From: the human T2T-CHM13v2.0 reference genome, Homo sapiens
Length of the DNA: 64,000 nt
NCBI RefSeq assembly: GCF_009914755.1
Contig: NC_060934.1
Reading direction: 5' to 3' (one strand)
Of the stretch, positions 49,286 to 64,000 are shown in pieces. A program made the translations under genes and the position numbers. The first letter of the stretch is position 1; each line of letters opens with the position of its first letter. The notes beneath the pieces are model-generated. The model was not told the origin of the DNA. It made no database searches and saw only the letters and a program-made list of their open reading frames with translations.

Positions 49286-52039
49286 ATGTATTCTATTGAA
49301 ACTATGTACTTTTTTACCCTTTCCTTTGAGAATCAATTCATTTATCTCCTCTTCTTGCATCCCCTTGCCCCCCATCTGTCTCCTGCACATCAAAGCTCAC
49401 AAATTTGAATTAAAAGGGAAGCACAATCAGAGAATTACTGAAGAGGAATATGTAACAACGTGGGAATTCAGCTTGCCTGCTGCTAGTAATCAGACTGACA
49501 TCCATAACAATCATTCAGAGGGTGACTGAGGTTTTCAATTCATGAAGCTACAGTCTCCCATTGGGCCTCTTTTCTCCATTCACACACTCCTTACTATTCT
49601 ACCTAACACTTCTTTTAAGAAGGCCAAAAAAGCCCTCGATGTACAAATAAGGCAAATCAGAAACTGCTTACCTTGAATAGTGGTGGTAACAGCTTTCTTC
49701 TTCCCTCAGTTTACAACTACAATCCAATACAAATAGTAGAATATGTTTACCTACCAGGAAGCAATGAGACTCAATCAAGCTGAGACTTGCTTTCAATTTT
49801 TATGAATGTGCAAACTCTTCTCTTTCCCTCTCTTAAGTCAAGAAACTAAGGACATAAAGATAAATCTAAACAAAGTCAGACTTTTTTCTCTAAATTCTCA
49901 TCATCTTACTGTCTCTACAGTCTAGAATCCCAGGAGTTATGGGAAACCTGAGAACATATTTTAACCAGCAATTACATTAGAAATCATATTTAGAAAGTAT
50001 GGTAATTATGAATTATTTATTGTGTTCCAGAAATAAACACAAAAGACTTTTTTTCCTCTTTTTGTTGAGATGGGGTCTCGCTCTGTCACCCAGGCTGGAA
50101 TGCAGTGGTGTGATCACTGCACACTGCAGCCTCAAACTCCTGGGCTCAAATGTTCCTCCTACCTCAGCCTCCTAAGTTGCTGGGATCACAGGTGTGCATC
50201 ACCTGACCTAGCTACAAAGGATTTCTTAAAAAAGGAACTAACATTACAAGGAGAGAGTAAAGGGAAGGAAGAAATTAAGATTAGAAATTGCATAATACAG
50301 GGTTGAAGTATATGGACATTTACAGACCCTCATCAATTCATCCTCTCCCGCAACTTCTCAATGAATACGGAAGTGGATTTGTTCTCAAAGACAGCTTCTC
50401 ACCACCCTCCATTCCCATCTGAGGCTGACATAGTGGGAGCAGCATCCAGAGTCCATGTACATATTCAAAGAGATTAAAGTTTGACAAAAATACATAGATT
50501 CTAAATATATACTTTAGACAAAAGAAGGACTCCAAGCGTCATAGATACAAAAACTAAGCCACAAAGCTAAACAAATTGGTCTGGAGTAGGAGTCCAGTTC
50601 TATAATAGTTTGTCCTTTGGGAACACGTTACTACTTCAAGGTTGACTAAATATCAGTTATGAACAACCAAAATACACCTGTCTATAGTTGTGTGCAATCT
50701 CTGATGAGTGTGACAACTAAAACTATGTTCTTAGAGTAGGATCTAGTGAGAAAAAATTCAGTTATGACACTCATGAGCCACAATAGAAACCATTATAACA
50801 CAAAAGAATAACTGTATGTCTTTTTCTTCTTACTTCTAACATCTTTTTTTTTTTTTTAATTTTTTTTTTTCCAAGATGGAGTCTTGTTCTGTTACCCAAG
50901 CTGGAACGCTGTGATGTGATCTCAGCTCATTGAAACCTCCGCCTCCCGGGTTCAAGCAATTCTCCTGCCTCAGCCTCCCAAGTAGTTGGGATTACAGGTG
51001 TGCGTCAAGACACCTGCCTAATTTTTGTATTTTTAGTAGAGATGGGGTTTCACCATGTTGGCCAGGCTGGTCTTGAACTCCTGACCTCATGATCCACCCC
51101 AGCTTGACCTCCCAAAATGCTAGGATTACCCACCGTACTCTGCCTTTATTTTTATTTTTGAGGAAATGGGGTCTCATTGTGTTGCCCAGGCTAGTCTTGA
51201 ATTCCTGGGCTCAAGCAATCCTCCCTCCTTAGCCTCCCAAAGAACTGGGTTTATAGAGTGAGTATATGCCTTTTGTGCAGGATTCTCACACAGAAATCAC
51301 AGATCTCTGATACCTGTACAACGTAAGTAAAAAAGCCAAAGGACTTAAGAGTAGAGGCCTAAGCATCATGCCGCTCCCCCACTCCCACAAATCAGGACTC
51401 AAATTCTATTAATCAGAACTTACCTACATTCCAATTTTCAAAAATTCAAGAGTTGGACTACCAGCTCAGAAGAGCAATTTTTCCAAACACGTAGGAAGCT
51501 TGTTGCTTTTGAATTCTGGATCAGAGCTCAAGGGAGATATTTTTTTATTTTTAACTTTTTCTTTTTTTTTTTTTTTGAGACAGAGTCTCATTCTGTCACC
51601 GTGCCCGGCCCTAGAATTCCCTTTTAAATATAAAAGTATTTGGAAGGCCAGGCGCAGTGGCACGTGTCTGTAGTCCTAGCTACTTGGGAGGTTGAGATGG
51701 GAGGATTGCTTCAGGCCAGGAATTCAAGACCAGTCTGAGCAAAATAACTTCTCATTTTTCTGTCTCTACAAAAAAAAATTAAAATTAGCCAGGCGTGATG
51801 GCATGTGCCTGCAGTCCTGGTTACCCAGGAGGCTGAGCGGGGAGGACTGCTTGAGCCCAAGAGTTAGAGGCTGCAGTAACTATCATCTCAGCACTGCACT
51901 CCAGCCTGGGCAACAGAGCAAAACCCTGTCTCTGAAAAAAAGAAAACAAAAAGTTATTTGGGAAAGGTGCCTACAAGCCTCTTTGAGATCCTCAAAGTAC
52001 AGTGAGCACGTGGTTCTAATAATCATTGGAGTATACCGT

Positions 52040-52127
52040 ATGGTCATTCTGGTTGCAGATGTCCAGCCTCTGCTGTGATTGGCTACTGCCTTTGCCATAG
52101 TGGTTGTTAAATATTTTGAATATCACC
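52040..52127. mobile_element. MER53 fragment
   Basis: TGATTGG...TGCC...GGTTGTTAAATATTTTGAATATCACC terminus. Confidence 0.65.
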
Positions 52128-52724
52128 ATTATTTACAACTAAAATATTCCCTACATTACAAATGAAACAAAAAGGAGAATAAAGAATTCAGGTTGCTGAC
52201 TTAAAAGCATCCAAAAAGTCATTGGCATGGAAGGATTAATAACATTCCCTTGTGTTCATGGAGGACTTCAGATCTTTCAGACTATTTTTACAGCAATTCT
52301 TTATGCTGACCCTCAGAACAACTGAGATAGAGGAGAAAGAATGGGAAAAAGGAGGGTTGGGGGAGAGAGAGAGAGAGAAACCACAAGCTCCTCTTTAACA
52401 AACATACAGGCAAGTTACAGAGGTTTTGGGTGATCTGCCCATGGTCAAAGGGAAGGTGAGTAACGGAGGCCAGGCAGGATCCCAGCAAGTGTTCTGTCCA
52501 CTCAATCACCAAGCTTTGGACCGGAACAGCAAGTAGGAGCAGACCAAAGAGCACAACAAGCGGAACTCAGCTCATCACTTCTAGGTTCTAACACTTTCCT
52601 TCTTTTTTTCTCTACTCTTTATCTTGTCACGTTTAGTTCCATGGAAACTGGCAGAGCCAGATGGATTTCAGACAACTAAAACATACGTGGGGAAAGAAGG
52701 AGACCTTCCTTAAAAATACAAACC

Positions 52725-53253
52725 CTTCTCTTCCCTTTTGCGGCCATCACCGAAGCAGGAGCAGCCAAAATGAAGTTCAATCCCTTTGTGACTTCCAACC
52801 GAGGCAAGAAACGCAAAAGGCGTTTCAATGCAATATCCAACATTAGCAGGAAGATTATGTCTTCCCCTCTTTCCAAAGAGCTGAGACAGAAATACAATGT
52901 GTGATCCATGCCCATCCGAAAGGTTTTGATGAAGGTCAGGTTGTATGAGGACACTATAAAGGTCAGCAAATTGGCAAAGTAGTCCAGGCTTACAGGAAGA
53001 AATGTCATCTACACTGAATGAGTGCAGTGGGAAAAGGCTAATGGTACAACTATCCATGTAGACATTCACCACAGCAAGTGGTTCTCACTAGGATAAAACT
53101 GAACAAAGACGGCAAAAAGATTCCTGAACAGAAAGCCAAATCTCGCCAAGTAGGAAAGGAAAAGGGCAAATACAAGGAAGAAACAATTGAGAAGAGGCAG
53201 GAATAAAGTAATCTTATATACAAGCTTTGATAAAAACTCGAAATAAAAAAAAG
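52725..53253 (+). pseudogene. Processed RPL26 pseudogene (full length, with 5' TOP), antisense in SLC25A16 intron 4
   Basis: ATG at 52770, MKFNPFVTS...[14 protein letters not shown]; R45 CGA>TGA at 52902, then frameshifts; ends ...[13 protein letters not shown] at 53206; no introns; A-tail; TSD aaaatacaaacc at 52713-52724 and 53254-53265. Confidence 0.95.
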
Positions 53254-53501
53254 AAAATACAAACCTTGATCTCAATCTTTAGGTTTCCTTTTGCTGGCCA
53301 ACTGAGATTTAGTATGTATTGGATTGTAGTTGTAGGACGAGGGACAGGGAAAAGTTTTTAAAAAGCTTTAAAATAAGCTACATTAAAATGATCATTAAAA
53401 ACACCACTTTTTACTTTGGCAAATATAAAATTTCCAAAGTTACATTTAGAAGCCTTATCAAAAGTAGAGGAGCAAAGATACCAGACATAAATTAATCATA
53501 A

Positions 53502-53753
<252 letters not shown>

Positions 53754-54086
53754 TAGGCTGGTCTCAAACTCCTGATCTCAGGTGATCCACCTGCCTTGGC
53801 CTCCCAAAGTGCTGGGATTACAGGCAAGAGCTACTGTGCCCGGCCCTGAATTAAATTTTTAACAGGAGGATTAGAACCTGATTATAGGACAGGCACCATG
53901 GCTCACACCTGTAATCCTAGCACTTTGGGAGGCCAAGGCAGGTAGATCACCTGAGGTCCGGAGTTTGAGACCAGCCTGGCCAACATATTGAAACCCCCAT
54001 CTCTACTAAAAATCCAAAAATTAGCCAGGTATGTGGCACGTGCCCGTAATCCCAGCTACTAAGGAGGCTGAGGCAGAAGAATCTCA

Positions 54087-54704
<618 letters not shown>

Positions 54705-55969
54705 CTATCTCAAAACAAACAAACAAACAAAAACAAAAAAAAAAGGAAAGTGAGAAAAAGGAGAGAAAGAGGAGAAGAGGAGAGGAGAGAATGAGGGGAG
54801 GGGAGAGGAGGGGAGGGAAGAGGAGGGAAGGGAAGGGAAGGAATGTTGGGAGAATTTGACTCAAAATTTGAATGTTCAAATGGGTGCAGTAGTGTGTGCC
54901 TCTAGTCCCAGCACTTTGGAGGCTGAGGCAGGAAGATCACTTGAATCCAGGAGTTTAAGCCATCCTGGGCAACGGAGCAAGACTCCATCTCTAAAATAAC
55001 TTTTTTTGGCAAAAAAGTTACGTGAGCGAATAATGTTGGCACAACTGACAAGTCATATGGAAAACTTATTCCATCCATCCCTCACTCCCTCTACAAAAGT
55101 AAACATAAGATCAACATGCCAAAACAAATAGTTTTAGTAGAAAAACATGACTAGGGCCGGGCACGGTGGCTCATGCCTGTAATCCTACATTTTGGGAGGC
55201 CAAGGCGGGTGGATACCTGAAATCAGGAGTTCAAGACCAGCCTGGCCAATGTGGCAATACCCCATTTCTACTAAAATACAAAAATCAGCCGGGCATGGTG
55301 GTGTGAGCCTGTAATCCCAGCTACTGGAGGGCTGAGGCAGGAGGATTGCTTGAACCTGGGAGGTTCAGTGAGCTGAGATTGTGGCAGTGAGCTGAGATCG
55401 TGCCACTGCACTCCAGCCTGGGCAACAGAACAAGACTCCGTCTCAAAAAAAAAGAAAAAGTAAAACATGATTAAATGTCTTTACCTTAGAACGGGGAGAA
55501 AATTTCTACATACAACACAAAATTTAGAAGTACCAGAGGAAAAAAACTAACATGTTTGGCCATGTAAAACTTCTCTATAGGGAAAAAAATCTTGGATGAT
55601 TTTTTTTAAAAAATCATAGAACCGAAGGTCAAATCTAAAACTGGGAAATAAAATATTAACAATATCTGAAAGAAAAACAACTAATGTCCTAACTCCCAAA
55701 CTCAGAAAAATGAATATTTAAAAAACAGAAATAGGCCAGGTGAGAATTTGAGGAGTTTGAGACCAGCCTGGGCAACATGACAAATGCCCGTCTCTACAGA
55801 GAATACAAAAATTAGCTGGGTGTGGTGGCATGTGCCTATAGTTCCAGCTACTTTTGGGAGGCTGAGATAGGAGGATGGCTTGAGCCTGGGAAGTGAGGGC
55901 TGCAGTGAGTTGTGATCACGCCACTGCACTCCAAGTCTGGGAGACAGACCCAGACCCTGTCTCAAAAAA

Positions 55970-56260
55970 GGAGAGGAGAGGAGAGGAGGGGAGGGGAGGG
56001 GAGAAGAAAAGAGGGGAGGGGAGGGGTAGGGAGGGAAGCGGAGGGGAAAGGAGGGGGAGGGGAGGGGAAAGGAGGGGGAGGGGGAAGGGAAAGGAGGGGG
56101 AGGGGAGGGGAAAGGAGGGGGAGGGGAGGGGAAAGGAGGGGGAGAGGAGGGGAAAGGAGGGGGAGGGGAGGGGAAAGGAGGGGGAGGGGAGGGGAAAGGA
56201 GAGTGGAGAGGAGAGGGAAGAGGAGGGAGAAGAGAGGGAAAGGAAAGGAGAAGGAAAGAA
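55970..56260. repeat. Polypurine GA-rich repeat with ~21-nt units (GGAAAGGAGGGGGAGGGGAGG), expanded from an Alu tail
   Basis: Direct reading; similar shorter tracts at about 47695-47810 and 54750-54843. Confidence 0.95.
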
Positions 56261-56382
56261 ATTGCTAATCATGGTTGTCTCTAGAGAATGCAACTATTTT
56301 TACTGTATAGGAGCAGTTATTACTTTAGTCATTATAATTCGTTACAATTTTTTTAAAGAAAAAAGAAATTTTGAAAAGTAAT

Positions 56383-56488
56383 GGCTGGTCCAAGTGAAGT
56401 GCAGTGATGTTTAAAACTCATTGATCACAGTCAGTTACAGTTTTCTTTGTTTTTTTCTCCACTCACACTGCATTACATGACTAGCCTT
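56383..56488 (+). pseudogene. Y3 RNA (RNY3-derived) pseudogene in SLC25A16 intron 4
   Basis: GGCTGGTCC...GTGCAGTG.TGTTTA.AACT.ATTGATCACA..CAGTTACAG.TTTCTTTGTT...CTCCACTC.CACTGC....TGACTAGCCTT matches hY3, with a 5-nt duplication (AAGTG) near the 5' end. Confidence 0.9.
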
Positions 56489-56862
56489 CAGAAAAATGTT
56501 TTTTAATTTTTAAACATTTCCAAAAGTAGAATTGTCAAAGAGAATGCAAGCTTTTCACATAGTTATAAGTTGAGACTACTCCTTATCCTCTACTGTAAAA
56601 TGACTCTTTTTCAGTTGGCGTACTGATAATTTCATATATATAACTGAATATAGAAAAACAACAAATGTGTGCTACTAAATCAATGTCACACTTTTTATTT
56701 TAATACATACCTTTTTTTGAGGATGCACCCAGGAAAAAATACAAGTCACAGGACACCTGCAACCTGTGCTTTCCCCAATGGCACTCATATAATCTAAACC
56801 AAATTAAATATTTTAATAGAAAATTAATTTGTCAGAAATAAAATATACCTAACTCCTCTTAC

Positions 56863-56926
56863 CTGCCATGGATCCAGCCATTAATCTGTGCACATGACCT
56901 GAAATTCCCAGCTTCGTAGTAATTAA
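56863..56926 (-). CDS. SLC25A16: SLC25A16 exon 4 (64 nt), LITTKLGISGHVHRLMAGSMAG
   Basis: Acceptor ttgttttctag|, donor CAG|GTAAGA; phases fit exons 3 and 5. Confidence 0.95.
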
Positions 56927-57221
56927 CTAGAAAACAAGAACACTGAATTAAATGAGATATTTTTTAAATGCTGCCCATTTCACTGTTTAATAATGAAGAT
57001 TTATTTCAAGAGTTACAGGACTAATAAAAAGGAAATTAATAATAAATGTGAACGAAATGAGCACAATTAAATACAGCTTGGCAGTGTTATATCACAGCAG
57101 AAGGGGATATTTCCTCTGTAGTCTCTGCTTTAATTTTTTGCATTTCTGCAGAAGCAAGCTAGCTTAGTATTGCTAAGTATATGATACTGTGTATTAAGGA
57201 ACACAAGCCCTTAACAAGTGA

Positions 57222-57525
<304 letters not shown>

Positions 57526-57629
57526 TGAAGCCACCGCACCCAGCCTAATTTTTTATTTTATTTTTTAAATGCTCTATAGACAATGAAGTCCTGATACACA
57601 AATGGCATCAATTCTCTTTGGCTGACTAG

Positions 57630-57792
<163 letters not shown>

Positions 57793-57814
57793 TAGCTGGG
57801 TTTCACCATGTTAG

Positions 57815-58266
<452 letters not shown>

Positions 58267-58739
58267 TGAGTAACAAAAAGCACACTAAAGGCTGGGGCCC
58301 ACAGATAGCTTGGGCCCAGGAGTTCGAGACTAGCATGGGCAACACAGTGAGACCCCATCTCTACAAAATATTTTTTAAAAAATCAGCCAGGCCTCTTCTC
58401 CACCTCTGAAAAAGAAAGAAAAAACAAATTAGCCGGGGGTGGTGGCACATGCCTCTAGTGCCAGTTACTCAGGAGGCTGAAGTGGGAGAATTGCTTGAGT
58501 CCGTGAGGTTGAGGCTGCAGTAAGCCAGGACCACATCACTGCACTCCAGCCTAGGTGACAGAGAAACTATCTCAAAAAAGAAAGAAAAGAAAAGAAAAGA
58601 GGGAGGGAAGGAGGGAAGGGAAACACATTAAAAATATATTAATATTATATGGATTTATTATTATCTTCTTTAAAGATATTCTAGCTCTCATTCATTAGGA
58701 GTGAACATAAAGAATTTACTTGGCCGGGTGCAGTGGCTA

Positions 58740-58997
<258 letters not shown>

Positions 58998-59397
58998 TCA
59001 AGCCTGTAATCCCAGCATTTTGGGAGACGGAGGCGGGTGGATCACGCGGTCAGGAGTTCAGGACCAGCCTGGCCAAGATGGTGAAACCCCATCTCTACTA
59101 AAAATACGAAAATTAGCTGGGTGTGGTGGCGGGCGCCTGTAATTCCAGCTACTCAGGAGGCTGAGGCAAAGAACTGCTTGAACCCAGGAGATGGAGGTGG
59201 CAGTGAGCCAAGAGTGCACCACTGCACTCCAGCCTGGGCAACAGAGTGAGACTCCATCTCAAAAAATAAAATTAAATAAATAAATAAATAAATAACTCAT
59301 AAATGACTAACAATTCTGGAATCGGTAATTCCAAAGACAAGTTATATTTAAAATCTTAAGCTGTCACAAGTCTTATTCCTTTAAAAAGGCATTGCTA

Positions 59398-59676
<279 letters not shown>

Positions 59677-59813
59677 TTAAAAAAAAAAAACCAATAATTT
59701 AACTTTTTAAAAATATGAAACTTTTACATATTTTTAAATGTCCAAAGCAAATGCCTGGTCAAGCATGCATGATATTCAAGAACGCAAAAGAGAAAAGATC
59801 AAAGTTTAACTAC

Positions 59814-59947
59814 CGTTTTATAATGCTCAAATGCCATAAACTGGATTGCACCATAGGGAAAGATTCGAATCATCATTGCACCATTTCCTTTATACAATCC
59901 AAGGAATCCTTCTTTTTGAGGAACAGCACGCAATGCAGAAAATACTC
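59814..59947 (-). CDS. SLC25A16: SLC25A16 exon 3 (134 nt), VFSALRAVPQKEGFLGLYKGNGAMMIRIFPYGAIQFMAFEHYKT; exons 1-2 lie beyond the right edge
   Basis: Matches ORF 59799..60044; acceptor aaaatag|, donor ACG|GTAGTT; EGxxGLYKGN motif. Confidence 0.96.
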
Positions 59948-60212
59948 CTATTTTTAGAGGAAAAATGCTGTTAAAACAGAGAAAATTATCTAAACCTAAA
60001 TTTTCATGACAATCACATATAAAGATTAATGTGCCATCACTCAAGATATAATTTTGCTTGAGGGATTACATGAATAGTAATTTCTATAAAACAGTTAAAC
60101 CTACTAAAAATGCATCATATATCCAAATAATATAAATAAGCACACCCCATATAATATAAAACCTACTGTAGAAACAACTACAAATTACAGCAAATTCTAT
60201 TTATAATAATAG

Positions 60213-60536
<324 letters not shown>

Positions 60537-61111
60537 TGATCCACCCGTCTCGGCCTCCCAAAGTGCTGGGATTACAGGCGTGACCCACTGCACCTGGCCC
60601 TGAAGATGATCTACTCTTTATCTGGAAGGATGAAGGAAGGTTTCAGAGGCCTACCCAGATACATGTGTTTTGTTTGTTTACATAAAGAGATTTTTAAATA
60701 AAACAAGCAAATAAAAAGACTACCTATTAATACTCTTTAAGTGTGGGGGCAAATTTTCATTATTAGGACACTTTAGGAATAATGATAAACAAAGGGCTGA
60801 GTTGTAATCTATATACAGTGATATTCTGAGCTTTCTAACTGACAAGTAAAAAATATATAGACACATCTATATATAGTGATATCTTTATTACTCTATTAAC
60901 ATCAGTCACTAATCCTACAAGCAGTATACAGACTTCTCAAAAACATATTACTACTTCCATTATTCAACAATTTAAATTCAGGTTCCCTTTCAAATTTTTC
61001 AAGCAAACTTTTGATCAAATATGAAAGGAAATCACCAGGTTCATTTCAAATTTTAGACTGCAAATAACCTCTTCAGCCCTTCTCAGTAATTAAAATTGTA
61101 GGTACTTATTA

Positions 61112-61350
<239 letters not shown>

Positions 61351-61727
61351 TCAGCAGACTGAAGCAGGAGGTAGAGGTTGCAGTGAGCCGAGATTGCACC
61401 ACTACACTCCAGCCTGGGTGATAGAGTGAGACTCCATCTCAAAAAAACAAACAAAAAGATAACTGCTTGTTTGAACAAAAATTATGGCAATGCAATCTGG
61501 AGTTTATGACATATGTAAAAAGTAAAATGTATGACTATAATAACAGAAAGAAGAGTTCATACCAATAAAACTGTCAATTCATCGAGAGAACAGAGGATAC
61601 AAAATGTGGATAGGAGAGTAACAGGAAGCTTTAAAAAAAAAAAAAAAAAAAAAAAAGAATTCTAGGCCAGGCGGGGTGGCTCAAACCTGTTATCTCAGCA
61701 TTTTGGGAGGCCGAGGAGGGTGGATCA

Positions 61728-62004
<277 letters not shown>

Positions 62005-62307
62005 TTAAGCCCTGTTTAATTTGATCCAAAAGTGTTTGTAATAATTAAAGGGTAATCAAATTTAGAGTAATGATTACCTAGCAGAGACAGGAAGGCTAAT
62101 GATAAGGTAGAAGTATCGAGGGGGTTTCAACTACACTGACAATGTTTATTTCCAAAGCTCTGTTGCAGGTCCACATATGTTTATTATGTTATTACTTAAA
62201 ATTTTTTGATTGTCGCCAATTTTGTTAAAAGCATTTTAAGAGAAACCATTAGTAGAAGTGAAATAGATACAGTACTTCTAAAATTAAGGGCCGGGCGCGG
62301 TGGTTCA

Positions 62308-62568
<261 letters not shown>

Positions 62569-62946
62569 TCAAAAAAACAAAACAAATTGGGACAAGGAGA
62601 AATTTTTAAATATACTCCTTCCTTATAATTTGAGGAAAATAATTTTAATTTAAAATAAGAAGTACAACCAGGCACAGTAGCTCATGCCAATAATCTGAGC
62701 ACTTTGTGGGGCCAAGGTGGGAGGATCGCTTGAGCCCAGGAATTTGACACCAACCAAGACAACATAGTGAGACACCATCTCTACAAAAAAACTTAAAAGT
62801 TAGCTCTGCGTGGTGGCGCTCGCAATTCAGGAGGCTGAGGCAGGAAGATTGCTTGGGCCCAGGAGGTAGAGGCTGCAGTGAGCTGTGATCACACCACTGC
62901 ACTCCAGCCTGGGTGACAGAATAAGACCATGTCTCAAAAAAAAAAA

Positions 62947-63026
62947 TCTATATATCTATCTATCTATATATATATCTATATATATAGATATATAGATATA
63001 GATAGATAGATATATAGATAGATATA
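62947..63026. repeat. Compound (TA)/(TCTA)/(TAGA) microsatellite
   Basis: Direct reading. Confidence 0.95.
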
Positions 63027-63062
63027 TTTTTTAAAAAGACAAAGGCCAGGCGCGGTGACTCA

Positions 63063-63807
<745 letters not shown>

Positions 63808-64000
63808 TTACGCCTATAATCCCAGCACTTTTGGAGGCCGAAGCAGGCGGATCACCAGGTCAGGAGATCGAGACTATCCTGGCTAACACGGAAAAACTCC
63901 ATCTCTACTAAAAATACAAGATCAGCCAGGCGTAGTGGCATGTAGCTGCAGTCCCAGCTACTTGAGAGGCTGAGGCAGGAGAATTGCTTGAATCCGGGAG

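Noticed and set aside
52676-53275. Minus-strand ORFs over this interval
   Set aside because: Antisense shadows of the RPL26 pseudogene.
55893-56381. G/E/R-rich and P/S/L-rich ORFs (also at 47599-48308 and 54617-54879)
   Set aside because: Translations of purine-rich simple repeats that lack stop codons.

Overview
Human-type (primate) genomic DNA, very Alu-dense (roughly half of the window by eye). It holds parts of two tandem genes, both on the minus strand. The first is coding exons 3-9 plus the 3' region of SLC25A16 (Graves disease carrier, mitochondrial carrier family). The second is the CpG-island promoter and coding exons 1-6 of DNA2 (nuclease/helicase; residues 1-313, including Fe-S Cys136, His163 and the D277/E298/K300 nuclease motif). 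Exon phases join cleanly in both genes. The introns carry a processed RPL26 pseudogene, a 5S rRNA pseudogene, a Y3 RNA pseudogene, an ERV-like solo LTR, DNA transposon fossils, and L1/L2/MIR fragments. Nearly all ORFs in the supplied track are Alu or low-complexity translations. I found no evidence for a wholly new multi-gene system. The most interesting unexplained structures are: (1) a tandemly duplicated DNA2 exon-5 splice acceptor that acts as a frameshifting decoy; (2) a latent pseudoexon formed by the antisense 5S pseudogene, one base away from a consensus donor; (3) an in-frame 168-nt intron upstream of the DNA2 ATG; (4) an Alu-spacer-Alu block copied 14 kb away inside SLC25A16; (5) a 20-nt perfect long-range inverted match in non-Alu DNA; (6) several fold-back or palindromic rearrangement scars. 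Alus are listed only selectively, and repeat boundaries and subfamilies are approximate.
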